Positions 41,591-50,485 of a DNA stretch of 64,000 nt are shown here, one piece after another. Position 1 is the first letter of the stretch. Every line of letters begins with the position of its first letter. Origin of the DNA: Pseudobdellovibrionaceae bacterium (lineage in GTDB: Bacteria > Bdellovibrionota > FAC87 > UBA2466 > JACKAF01); assembly GCA_020635235.1 (NCBI GenBank), contig JACKAF010000002.1, positions 63,614 through 127,613 on the forward strand, read 5' to 3'. The notes below the pieces were generated by a model. It searched no databases and was not told where the DNA came from. It saw only the letters and a list, made by a program, of their open reading frames with translations. The translations under genes were made by a program, and so were the position numbers.

Positions 41591-44239
41591 ATGAAAGTAG
41601 CTATCGAAATTACTGAGGCAATACGCGCCCACCGAGGCTGGGGTCGCTTTGTGGGTGAGCTTGCCCAGGCGCTTGTGAAAATTGATCGTCAAAATAAGTA
41701 TGCTTTTTTTTATCACTCTACTGAAGCACATCGGGAATCGGAACGCACGTGGTGCGATCGTTTGGCTTCGTCGAATGTAACGCTGATCCCGGTGAACGTG
41801 GGGCGGGCGGAATACGATGCCCTTGAGGAAAATCGGCAGTCGTCGTTTGTTGAAAAGCTTGTCCCGGACGCAGATGTCTATCACGCCGTTACAGAATTCC
41901 CTTTTTACGTAAGCCGAATTCCAAAAATCACCACCCTCCACGAGATTTCACCGCTCTTGTTTCCGTGGAAGTTCTCTGAAACGTGGCTGGATTATTTTTT
42001 TTCTTATATGCGCGAAGCTCGCTCAACTTCGGAAATGATTGTTACCGTGTCCGAGAATACACGAATTGAGTTGATCGAGTGGATGCAAGTGAAAAGGAAT
42101 AAGGTAAAAGTGATCCCCAATGGGGTTTCTCCTCTTTTTTTTTCGCAACCCACGCTGATCCCGGAGCGGCGGCCGGACCTCGAGCTGCTTTATGTCGGGC
42201 CCGTCGAGGATCCTCTCAAGAATTTTGAGTCGCTTTGGAGCATGTTCCTGAAATCCCCCCTGGGTACCAAGTTGCACCTAGTATCAAGCGATACCAGTTA
42301 CGAGCGCCTTGCCAGAGAGCGAAACATACCGCCAGAACGGGTCGGCTCAGTTCGTGTGTCTTCGGGCGTGGCGGACCAGGAGCTTTTTCGGATTTATCAA
42401 CAAGCGTCAGTTCTGGTTTTTCCTTCGTTGCATGAAGGCTTCGGCCTGCCCGCGTTAGAGGCGATGGCGGTTGGCTTGCCGGTTGTGTGCAACGGGCATT
42501 CAGGTTTGGGAGAGGCGACTTTCGGTTTGAACTTCTCGTTCTCACCCCACTCGCACCGGGATCTTTGGCGGGCGGTTTGTACTGCCGCAGCGGCTCCTTC
42601 GTCCCATCGGGAGTTAGGGCGGCAGCGAGCGGCGGAGCGCACGTGGGAGCGAGCCGCCGAGCAATATATCAAAGTCTACGAGCGGGCGGCGAGAGCGCGG
42701 GGGAGCGGGCGTCTACGGGTTTGGGGCCACGCACCGCAGCTACCGGCCATCAGAGCTGGGGGGAGTTTTGAGGAAATAGGTCGGCGGGTAGGCACGGACT
42801 ATGGTGATTCGGTCCTCTCCAGTATCGACTATTGCTCGACGTTATTTTTCTCGGACTTTCGTAGACTTCGGAGCTTACCCGTGAGGGTCAAAAAATGGCT
42901 GAGGCGCACGGTTGGTGCTGCGTATTGGTTCACCTTCGATCCGGAAACTCGGGCGTTCATTTGGGGGCTTCGCAAGGCGGATGCGAAGAGGTTTTCCTTT
43001 TTGGATCTCGCTTTCATAAACGCCTATCCGGATTGCCGAGTGGTTTTTCGGAGCCTATTCATGCAGGTTTTTAGGCCAATTGGTACCTCTGCGGTGAGTT
43101 GCGGAGCTTTGTGCAGTCTGACCACATCCGCGGGGGAGACTTTGGCCGTTCACGGACGACACTTGGACCACGACCTCTGTCCTGAGATCGGTTCGGCTGT
43201 TCGTTTTCACACCGTGGTTCCGCAGGATGGTTTTCCTTTTGCGTACGTGGGGTTGGCGGGGACTTTGAGTGTACTTACTGGGATTAATTCCGAGGGGCTT
43301 AGCGTTTCCGAAATTGGGTCGCCGACTTTAAAAGCTCGATTTTGCCGGCCTTGGGGACAGCATTTACGACGTCTGCTTCAAAAATGTCGCTCCGCGGATG
43401 CGGCGGATGCACATCTACTGGACCCGAGGCTCTTTTCCTATAGTCACAGGATCACTCTTGTTTCGTCGGCTCCATCGGCGAAGGTGCGGGTTCTTGAAGT
43501 GAGCCCGCAAGATGCCATCGTCCTTTCCAACAAAGATCCGAATCTGGTTTTTACTTGTGAACGACCCGAGAGCCCGGTCGTCATGCGATCTATTTTGGCA
43601 GGCAAAAGCCTGAGGGATATCGATCGCGCACAGAACTATTGGGACACGCGCTTTGGTTCTTTTGAGCGGCTCTTTCGGATTTGCCGGGAACATTCTAAGG
43701 GGCTCGACATTAAAGACGTTAAGACCTGGCTGAAACTGGTCTCCCCCTACAAGTGCATTGGGCAGCTCGTAACCGATAGCGGTACGTTGAGTGGCTATGC
43801 GGCGGTTGCCCGGGCGGACGATAGCGGGCGTGTTTTTCCCGTTCGGGATGTTGAGCTCAAACCCATATCTCTAAGCGATTCGCTAGTGCGGGTTGTTTGC
43901 GACGAGCGGACCAAGCGTTTGCTCCTTTTTTTTCCACGTAAGTCGGTCTCTTCTAGGAAGTTCTTGGTCTTGTTTTCGGAAGCCAATGAAAAAGTGCAGA
44001 TCGAGATCCACCTGCCCAGAGGAAGGCAGGTGGTTTCGTGTGACCTTCCAAGATTTGTTCTCGAAAAAAGAAGCTGTATTTCGTTGTTGGACTTTGAAAC
44101 AAAGGAGGAATTACTGAATTTTTCCCTTTGTGGTCTAACTTCCGCTTCGCCTCTCAAGAAGCTCTTTCAGGTGTCTTTTAAGTTGTTCCGTGGGAAGCTG
44201 CAGGGACTCCCACACGCTTGTCAACGGAATGTCGTTTAG
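41591..44239 (+). CDS. Fusion protein: N-terminal GT4 (GT-B) glycosyltransferase plus a C-terminal Ntn-hydrolase (peptidase C45/acyltransferase)-like domain
   Basis: The N-terminal ~370 aa carries 'FPSLHEGFGLPALEAMAVGLPVV'. The C-terminal part carries 'SCGALCSL...GRHLDHD' and 'YVGLAGTLSVLTGINSEGLSVSEIG', which resemble C45/Ntn motifs. Confidence 0.6.
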   Translation: MKVAIEITEAIRAHRGWGRFVGELAQALVKIDRQNKYAFFYHSTEAHRESERTWCDRLASSNVTLIPVNVGRAEYDALEENRQSSFVEKLVPDADVYHAVTEFPFYVSRIPKITTLHEISPLLFPWKFSETWLDYFFSYMREARSTSEMIVTVSENTRIELIEWMQVKRNKVKVIPNGVSPLFFSQPTLIPERRPDLELLYVGPVEDPLKNFESLWSMFLKSPLGTKLHLVSSDTSYERLARERNIPPERVGSVRVSSGVADQELFRIYQQASVLVFPSLHEGFGLPALEAMAVGLPVVCNGHSGLGEATFGLNFSFSPHSHRDLWRAVCTAAAAPSSHRELGRQRAAERTWERAAEQYIKVYERAARARGSGRLRVWGHAPQLPAIRAGGSFEEIGRRVGTDYGDSVLSSIDYCSTLFFSDFRRLRSLPVRVKKWLRRTVGAAYWFTFDPETRAFIWGLRKADAKRFSFLDLAFINAYPDCRVVFRSLFMQVFRPIGTSAVSCGALCSLTTSAGETLAVHGRHLDHDLCPEIGSAVRFHTVVPQDGFPFAYVGLAGTLSVLTGINSEGLSVSEIGSPTLKARFCRPWGQHLRRLLQKCRSADAADAHLLDPRLFSYSHRITLVSSAPSAKVRVLEVSPQDAIVLSNKDPNLVFTCERPESPVVMRSILAGKSLRDIDRAQNYWDTRFGSFERLFRICREHSKGLDIKDVKTWLKLVSPYKCIGQLVTDSGTLSGYAAVARADDSGRVFPVRDVELKPISLSDSLVRVVCDERTKRLLLFFPRKSVSSRKFLVLFSEANEKVQIEIHLPRGRQVVSCDLPRFVLEKRSCISLLDFETKEELLNFSLCGLTSASPLKKLFQVSFKLFRGKLQGLPHACQRNVV

Positions 44240-45655
44240 CTCAGTAAGAGATGAGTTCACGTAGTGCTCACGTGCGCGCTCAGAAAGCCCGTCAAGAAAC
44301 GAAAGTGGCCTGAGTTGAACCCGACCGCAGTGGATCATTTCTATCAGCGCACTGGCGGTAGCGAACAAGTCGATCAGATAGTTGGTCTCTCCGCCTCGAA
44401 GACAACTTTCCATCATGTCGAAGCATTCTACGGCCTCAAGGACAAGATCCGGTTGTTCCACTTGGTAGCTTTGGTCACTGCTACATCGAATCAGGTTTGT
44501 GGAAATATTCCAATTCCAGGCTTCAAAGAAAATCTGAGCTAGCGGATCCAGGGTGAGCCATTTTTCAAATTGATCTCTTGATAGCACTACCGGGAAACTC
44601 GGGGTCATCCCGAACGGGATTGCTGAAAGCCTAGGCGAGAGTGCATGACTGGCCGCTAGCAGATTGCTCAAGGCTGTCTCTTGGAGGGGCCGTTCGTATA
44701 AAACAACGATGGCATTTTGAAATTTGTAAGGGCGAATTGGAAAACACATGATTTCAATGGGAGTCTCGCATTCCAAATTCATCAGAGGTGCCAATGCTGC
44801 TCGTAGCGCGCTCTGGATCGGGATCCTTGGGCCCTCAAATAAGCCTACCGTCTTTATGTCCACTGTTTTGAGCTGAGTTCGTTCGTTCCCAATCTCGGGA
44901 AATTGAACCGGGAGGCTCAAGATGTGCTCGGTTTCGCTTAAGATTCCGTGTGCAGGCAATCTTTGGTGCCTGTGCGGGTACTCGAGAGCAGGGATAACCG
45001 CATGGGTTCTGCGGCTAAGCCAAGTTTCGCGCCAGCGAAGCTTACTGAGGCGTCGGGAGGCCACGGTGATGCCAATCCGGTTTTTTCCGAAGATTCCTTC
45101 GCGAATTCCCGGGATAGTGTAAAAGATGCGTTCGCGCTGTTTTTTCTTCCATTCTGATCGCGAGATTGAAAGATCGGAAACGTGCAGAGGGATTCGAGAA
45201 AATACCGAGCAGTTTACTAAAGGTGCTGCGTAGTCGGTTACGCGAAATAGCGCGTGCTCTTGCCAACGGTGTGATCGAATAATCCAAAATTCTCCACAAA
45301 ACGGGATGATCCGGCGCACCCACCGGAGTCTACGCCTAAGACTGTGTAGGAATCGCGGCTGGTCAATTCGTTCGTTGACGAGGAGCGTCAAGTCCAGGTC
45401 GCTTTCGCCGGCAAATGCGTCCTTTAGAACGCCCGGGCGGCGAAGTAAAATAGCGTCAATGGCTGGATTCACCCTAAACGTCACTGAGAGGAGTAGTAGG
45501 CCCAAGCGGTACAGCGCGCGAAAGCACGCCGCCATCGGCGCGAACTCTGAGAGCCTTACTGTGATCCGGCGAAGTGCGTTCCATGGTGTGAGTGCCCCGA
45601 TAGCGACTTGCGATGGCTCGTAGTGTGGGCTTGCATTGTGATGAATCTTGAACAT
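44135..45655 (-). CDS. Hypothetical protein with a Pol-beta-type nucleotidyltransferase-like motif
   Basis: 'FAGESDLDLTLLV' fits the hG[GS]-x-D-h-[DE] motif of the NTase fold. The rest of the protein could not be assigned. Confidence 0.35.
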   Translation of the reverse strand: MFKIHHNASPHYEPSQVAIGALTPWNALRRITVRLSEFAPMAACFRALYRLGLLLLSVTFRVNPAIDAILLRRPGVLKDAFAGESDLDLTLLVNERIDQPRFLHSLRRRLRWVRRIIPFCGEFWIIRSHRWQEHALFRVTDYAAPLVNCSVFSRIPLHVSDLSISRSEWKKKQRERIFYTIPGIREGIFGKNRIGITVASRRLSKLRWRETWLSRRTHAVIPALEYPHRHQRLPAHGILSETEHILSLPVQFPEIGNERTQLKTVDIKTVGLFEGPRIPIQSALRAALAPLMNLECETPIEIMCFPIRPYKFQNAIVVLYERPLQETALSNLLAASHALSPRLSAIPFGMTPSFPVVLSRDQFEKWLTLDPLAQIFFEAWNWNISTNLIRCSSDQSYQVEQPDLVLEAVECFDMMESCLRGGETNYLIDLFATASALIEMIHCGRVQLRPLSFLDGLSERAREHYVNSSLTELNDIPLTSVWESLQLPTEQLKRHLKELLERRSGS

Positions 45656-46552
45656 GCAGAAAAGATTAGTGTAATCGTTCCCGCGTGCAACGCGGAGCCC
45701 TATATTTCAAGATGTTTGGACAGCCTGCTCCGAAACACACTGGTACCATCCGAAATCATCGTTGTTGATGATCACAGTGAGGACGGAACCGCAGTCGCAG
45801 TCGAAGCGCACAAGAACCGAATTGTGAAATTGGTGAGAATGGGGTCGCGTGATGGCGCCGGAGCCGCGCGCAACCGCGGTATTGCTGTTGCAACTGGGAC
45901 TTTGCTTTTTTTTCTCGATTCCGACTGTATGGCGGCGCAAGACTGGATCGAGCGCGGCGTTGAGGCTTTCCGGAACTCGGAGATTGTTGGTGTCTTTGGG
46001 GCAATTTACTACGAAACAATACCGACTCAAATTAGAGAGAAGATTCCTGTAAATCCCTTCTACCATTCTCCCCTCGTGAACCCGGTCAACGGCAGGTTTC
46101 CAGATTTTGCGGCCGGAAACGTTGCCTACCGCGCCGAGATCGCTAGGCGATTGGACGGTTTCGATACCCGCCTTTTTAAAAATGGCCGCGAGGACACGGA
46201 CTTTGCGCTGCGGGCTCTGCAATTTGGAAGAGTTGTCTACCAACCGCAAATGAAGGTTACCCATTCGAGTGGAACTTGGACGTGGGGGCAGCTCCGAGCG
46301 AGTGCCAAGCGCTACCAGTCCGATGTGATATTTTTTGGGAAGTATCAGAAATTTGCATTCTGTCGGGGGCGTGTTTTGCACCCAAAAATGCTTTTGTTAG
46401 CTCTGTTTCCTTTGGCCATTCCTGTCGTATATGGGCGATGGCTAAGAAGTTTGAAGGATTGGCTCTTTTTACCGTTCCTTTGGCTGTATTTTCTCCTGGT
46501 CCGTTGGAACATTTTTGTCGCGGCAGTCAGAGAGCGGGTTGTCGTGTTTTAA
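45641..46552 (+). CDS. Glycosyltransferase family 2
   Basis: 'ISVIVPACNAEPYISRCLDSL', 'VVDDHSEDGT' and 'FLDSDC' are present. I placed the start at MNLEH. Confidence 0.85.
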   Translation: MNLEHAEKISVIVPACNAEPYISRCLDSLLRNTLVPSEIIVVDDHSEDGTAVAVEAHKNRIVKLVRMGSRDGAGAARNRGIAVATGTLLFFLDSDCMAAQDWIERGVEAFRNSEIVGVFGAIYYETIPTQIREKIPVNPFYHSPLVNPVNGRFPDFAAGNVAYRAEIARRLDGFDTRLFKNGREDTDFALRALQFGRVVYQPQMKVTHSSGTWTWGQLRASAKRYQSDVIFFGKYQKFAFCRGRVLHPKMLLLALFPLAIPVVYGRWLRSLKDWLFLPFLWLYFLLVRWNIFVAAVRERVVVF

Positions 46553-46581
46553 AGAAGGCTTTTCGTTAGAATAACTAACAT

Positions 46582-47757
46582 ATGGGACGAGTGAGCGAGT
46601 GGCGAGAGCAGGCGTATTTTGTCGTTATCTTACTTACTCTTCCGATCGCGGTCGAAGCGATGTTGAGACTTCAGAATGTGCTGCCCATCCCGCGGAGACA
46701 CGTGACTTTGAACCGCTATGTTCCACGCCGGCATCGTGAGAATCTCAGACTCCAGCTTTTTCCCAATCCGGAAATTTTGCCGGAACTCCCGCCTTCATCA
46801 CGCTTTTCCACCGATGCGCATGGCTTCCGAACCAGAGGCACGGCAGGTGTAGAGAGAGAAGGGGGCACAAGGGTGGTTTTCTTGGGAGACTCAACGATGG
46901 AAAGCTCTCTGCTGGACGATTTGGCAACCTGGCCGGCAGCGGCCAGTGAGCTCGCGGAGCAAATCGCAGGAAGGGGAGTCCGGTTGGAAGACCTTAATCT
47001 GGGATTAGCCGGCGCGGACTCGCGAGATCAAATTGCTCTGTTCTCGCAGTACTTGGTTCCCTCCAAGCCGGAAGTTCTCGTATTGTCTGTCGGCATCAAC
47101 GACCTGTGGCTACAACTTGATCGGTCGTATAATAGCTACCGACAAGAAGACCGTTCATACATTAAACTATCGGACTGGGCGACAGGGAGTAAAATTTTCG
47201 AACCTTTTTATTTCTTACGGTTATGGCGTCTGCAAAAAGACGGTGATATTCAATGGTCTTGGTTCGGCCCGAAAGTTCGCTACAGGGTTGGAGACTTTAT
47301 AAAAGAAAATCGAGCCATCCGGGCCAAGTTGCCTTACAAGGGAATCGACACAGTCTCCCTTCCTTTTCCCGAGTTTGAGCAAAACCTAAGAAGTCTTATC
47401 GGCATGGCTCTCGCAAACCACGTAAGCGTAATTCTGGTGACCCAATCGTGGCTCTATGGCGAAAATGTTTCCCCTGAGGCTAAAAAGAAGTTTTGGAACC
47501 ACCAAGTCAAATTTAAATATCGGGAGGAAGCGTTGGATCGGGTGTTGCGTAAATATAATGATGTTACTCGGAAGCTTGCCAGCGAATTTCATCTGAACGT
47601 TGTTGACCTCGAGCGAAATCTCCCAAAAGATCCTGACTATTTTTATGATGAGATGCACTTTACTCCGTTGGGGGCACGAAAAGTAGGGGAGCAATTGGCT
47701 CCCATTTTGGCCAAGGAGATTAGTCCCAGGTACCACCACGATTCTCGCAAACTCTGA
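46582..47757 (+). CDS. SGNH/GDSL family hydrolase (probable glycan O-acyl esterase/transferase)
   Basis: Block I 'VVFLGDSTMES', block III 'GINDL' and block V 'DEMHFTPLG' are present. The protein has an N-terminal membrane anchor. Confidence 0.75.
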   Translation: MGRVSEWREQAYFVVILLTLPIAVEAMLRLQNVLPIPRRHVTLNRYVPRRHRENLRLQLFPNPEILPELPPSSRFSTDAHGFRTRGTAGVEREGGTRVVFLGDSTMESSLLDDLATWPAAASELAEQIAGRGVRLEDLNLGLAGADSRDQIALFSQYLVPSKPEVLVLSVGINDLWLQLDRSYNSYRQEDRSYIKLSDWATGSKIFEPFYFLRLWRLQKDGDIQWSWFGPKVRYRVGDFIKENRAIRAKLPYKGIDTVSLPFPEFEQNLRSLIGMALANHVSVILVTQSWLYGENVSPEAKKKFWNHQVKFKYREEALDRVLRKYNDVTRKLASEFHLNVVDLERNLPKDPDYFYDEMHFTPLGARKVGEQLAPILAKEISPRYHHDSRKL

Positions 47758-47771
47758 GGGGAGAAACGTCG

Positions 47772-49322
47772 TTGCAACCACAACTTCAAGCAAGCGAGTC
47801 TTCCGAAAAACAAGCTCCGCCATATGATGGTTTACCACCAGCGCGCGGTTCAATGACTCTAGTTCTTTTTTCACAGAAGACGCCGTATTTCGTTTTTGCA
47901 TTGGCACTTGTCTTGCGTCTGCGCGAATATCTTCACAACCGTTCTCTTTGGCTGGACGAGGCTCACGTAGCTTTAAAGGTGCTTGCGCCGAGCTTCTGGG
48001 ATGACATCCTGAGCGGAAATTGGTACCAAACGCTGCCAGTGGGAATTGCGGTTCTCACGCGGGTGCTTGTCGCGGTTTTTGGCGACTCGGAGTATGTGCT
48101 TCGACTGCTTCCACTTCTGTGTGGTTTGCTCTCGTTCCCATTATTATTCCGTTTTTCGCGGGAATATCTTAAGCCGCAACTTGTCCCGCTAGCGCTACTC
48201 CTTTTTTCCGTCGCTCCCCCTTTGGTCTATTACTCTTCGGAGGTGAAACAATACTCCAGTGATGTATTCATTTGTCTTTCTTTGCTAGTTCTAGCCGCAG
48301 ACGCGATGCGATCAAATTTTAAGACCAGAGTTTGGCCATTAGGCCTGCTTGCGTCGTTGCTCACTTGGTTTTCGTTTCCCGCCGTGTTTGTGTGTCTTGG
48401 TATTGCGATGGCATTCGCTGCGCAAATCCCGTCCGGCGAACGCCTAAAGAAGATAGCGAAAGCCGTGCCTTGGGCTGTGTTTTGGGGATTGAGCTTGGGC
48501 CTTCATTACTTCACCTTTCTTCGCTACATTTCCACAAACTCGAAGCTAGTCCAACAATGGGAGGGCTGGGGAGGCTTTGGTCCCTCAAGTGGAAGTTTGG
48601 TGGTCTGGGCTAGATGGCTAGTTACCGCTTTAACGACGTTCCCGGCAACGATCGGGATTTCTTTCGGGCGCTTTGCCGCGGCCCTTGCCCTATTTGGCGC
48701 TTTCGTTTTACTCCGATCTTACCGGCCCAAGAGTTATCTCATCCTGGCACCCGCCGCTTTCCTGGTGACTGCTGCGGCGGCCGGATATTATCCGGTGCTT
48801 TTGAGGGTCGTGCTTTTTGCGGCGCCGCTGTTCCTGATTGCTCTACTCAAAGGCTTGGAGGCAGCAGGGTGTACTCGGTTCACCAAAGTCCTGGCTTGGG
48901 GAGCGGCGATTATTCTTTCCGGACAAGTTGTAGTCGGGGCCGCCCAAAATTTTTTGCACCCTTCCGTTCGAGAGCACATTCGGCCGCTGCTCGGGCACTT
49001 GAAAAAGGAGCTTAAACGTGGTGATGCCGTCTACATTTCTCAATTCGCCAGTGACGCGTTTGAGTATTCGCTGAGGCGTGAGCCGTTGCCAGCCCCTACC
49101 TTCGTCGGGCAGTGTAGGGGGGTCCCGACGGAAGTATGCGAGAAGGACTTTTTGGGACGCGTAGAGGGTGCGGAGTACTTGTGGGTGTTCCTTTCGCACG
49201 TGACGCCTGAGGAAAGATACTTGTTGGTGCGAATCGCAGACAAATGGGGGGAGCGCCTGTCAGAGTTGGAAAGCGGAAACGCTTTACTTTTGTATTACCA
49301 TCGAAAAGAGCGTGAGCATTAG
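47772..49322 (+). CDS. GT-C fold glycosyltransferase (family 39/83, ArnT/PMT-like)
   Basis: It has a polytopic N-terminal ~400 aa with the 'SLWLDEAH' loop motif and a soluble C-terminal domain. The start is uncertain (TTG 47772 or ATG 47853). Confidence 0.65.
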   Translation: MQPQLQASESSEKQAPPYDGLPPARGSMTLVLFSQKTPYFVFALALVLRLREYLHNRSLWLDEAHVALKVLAPSFWDDILSGNWYQTLPVGIAVLTRVLVAVFGDSEYVLRLLPLLCGLLSFPLLFRFSREYLKPQLVPLALLLFSVAPPLVYYSSEVKQYSSDVFICLSLLVLAADAMRSNFKTRVWPLGLLASLLTWFSFPAVFVCLGIAMAFAAQIPSGERLKKIAKAVPWAVFWGLSLGLHYFTFLRYISTNSKLVQQWEGWGGFGPSSGSLVVWARWLVTALTTFPATIGISFGRFAAALALFGAFVLLRSYRPKSYLILAPAAFLVTAAAAGYYPVLLRVVLFAAPLFLIALLKGLEAAGCTRFTKVLAWGAAIILSGQVVVGAAQNFLHPSVREHIRPLLGHLKKELKRGDAVYISQFASDAFEYSLRREPLPAPTFVGQCRGVPTEVCEKDFLGRVEGAEYLWVFLSHVTPEERYLLVRIADKWGERLSELESGNALLLYYHRKEREH

Positions 49323-49357
49323 TAGTCTTTGCGTTCGTTTGGATCTAAGATGAGCGC

Positions 49358-50377
49358 ATGCTAGCAGCCTATCTAAACAAGTTTGGCGGACCGGAGGTCC
49401 TAGAGGTCGGCAACCTGCGTGCTCCGGGTGTCGCAGACAACGAAGTGCGCGTGGCCATCCGAAGCTCCGCCCTCAACCACCTGGACATATGGGTGCGCAA
49501 GGGGCTTCCCGGCCTGAAGGTGGAGTTCCCCCACATACTGGGTGGAGACGCTTCCGGCTTAGTGGAGGCGGTCGGCAAGAACGTGAAAGATCTCTTTATA
49601 GGGGATGAGGTCATTGTACACCCTGGCCTTTCCACGGCGCCCTGGGAGGAAGTGGAAAGTTTAGCTTCCGACTATCGGATCTTGGGTGAGCATGTGAACG
49701 GTACCAATGCCGAAATGGTGACCGTCCCTCGCGAGAACATTTTTCCTAAACCAAAGAATCTATCGTTTGATGAAGCGGCGTCGGTTCCCTTAGTTTTTAC
49801 AACCGCGTGGCAAATGCTTGTGGGACGGGGGCAGGTGAAGGCCGGCGACCTGATTCTCGTGCATGCAGCGGCCAGTGGCGTCAGTTCGGCCGCAATCCAA
49901 ATTGCGAAGTGTTTTGGCGCGACGGTAATTGCCACGGCAGGAAGCCCGAAAAAGTTGGACCTCGCCTCCCAACTGGGGGCCGATTGTGTTTTGGATTACT
50001 CTCGACAGAGTGTAGCAGCCGAAATCAAGAAACAGTTCGGAAAACGCGGTGTGGATACTGTCATCGACCATGTCGGAGCCGACACCTGGAAGTCTCATTT
50101 TGAAGTGCTTCGAAGGGGAGGTAAGATCATTACTTGTGGGGCAACCAGTGGTTTCGAGGTGTCACTCGACTTGCGTTATGTCTTTTACAAGCAAATTCAA
50201 ATTCTAGGTTCTACGATGGGTTCCAAAGGAGACTTTCCGCGGATATTGCGGCTGCTCGAATCTGGAAAGCTCCGCGCGGTGGTCGATAGAAGTTTCCCCC
50301 TGCGCGACATACAAAAGGCTCACGCCCACCTTGAAGGCCGGGAAGCACTCGGCAAGGTCATAGTTAGTGTGTCATAA
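49358..50377 (+). CDS. Zinc-type alcohol dehydrogenase/quinone oxidoreductase (MDR superfamily)
   Basis: It has a GroES-like N-terminus. The nucleotide-binding site is 'VHAAASGVSSAAIQIAK', and the C-terminus reads 'GKVIV'. Confidence 0.8.
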   Translation: MLAAYLNKFGGPEVLEVGNLRAPGVADNEVRVAIRSSALNHLDIWVRKGLPGLKVEFPHILGGDASGLVEAVGKNVKDLFIGDEVIVHPGLSTAPWEEVESLASDYRILGEHVNGTNAEMVTVPRENIFPKPKNLSFDEAASVPLVFTTAWQMLVGRGQVKAGDLILVHAAASGVSSAAIQIAKCFGATVIATAGSPKKLDLASQLGADCVLDYSRQSVAAEIKKQFGKRGVDTVIDHVGADTWKSHFEVLRRGGKIITCGATSGFEVSLDLRYVFYKQIQILGSTMGSKGDFPRILRLLESGKLRAVVDRSFPLRDIQKAHAHLEGREALGKVIVSVS

Positions 50378-50485
50378 CAGGGGTTTAGCGGCCCTTTCCC
50401 TGGTGTGGCGCAGCGCATTTCGTGGCTTGATTCTAATTTTTCAGCGTCCGATGAGTATGGTATAGCCTGCCTTGCAGGGGACAAG

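Noticed and set aside
45707-46381. 224-aa minus-strand ORF inside the GT2 gene, and the 315-aa minus-strand ORF 56415-57362 opposite sdhB
   Set aside because: The plus-strand frames carry unambiguous GT2 and SdhB Fe-S motifs. The antisense frames have no recognisable features.
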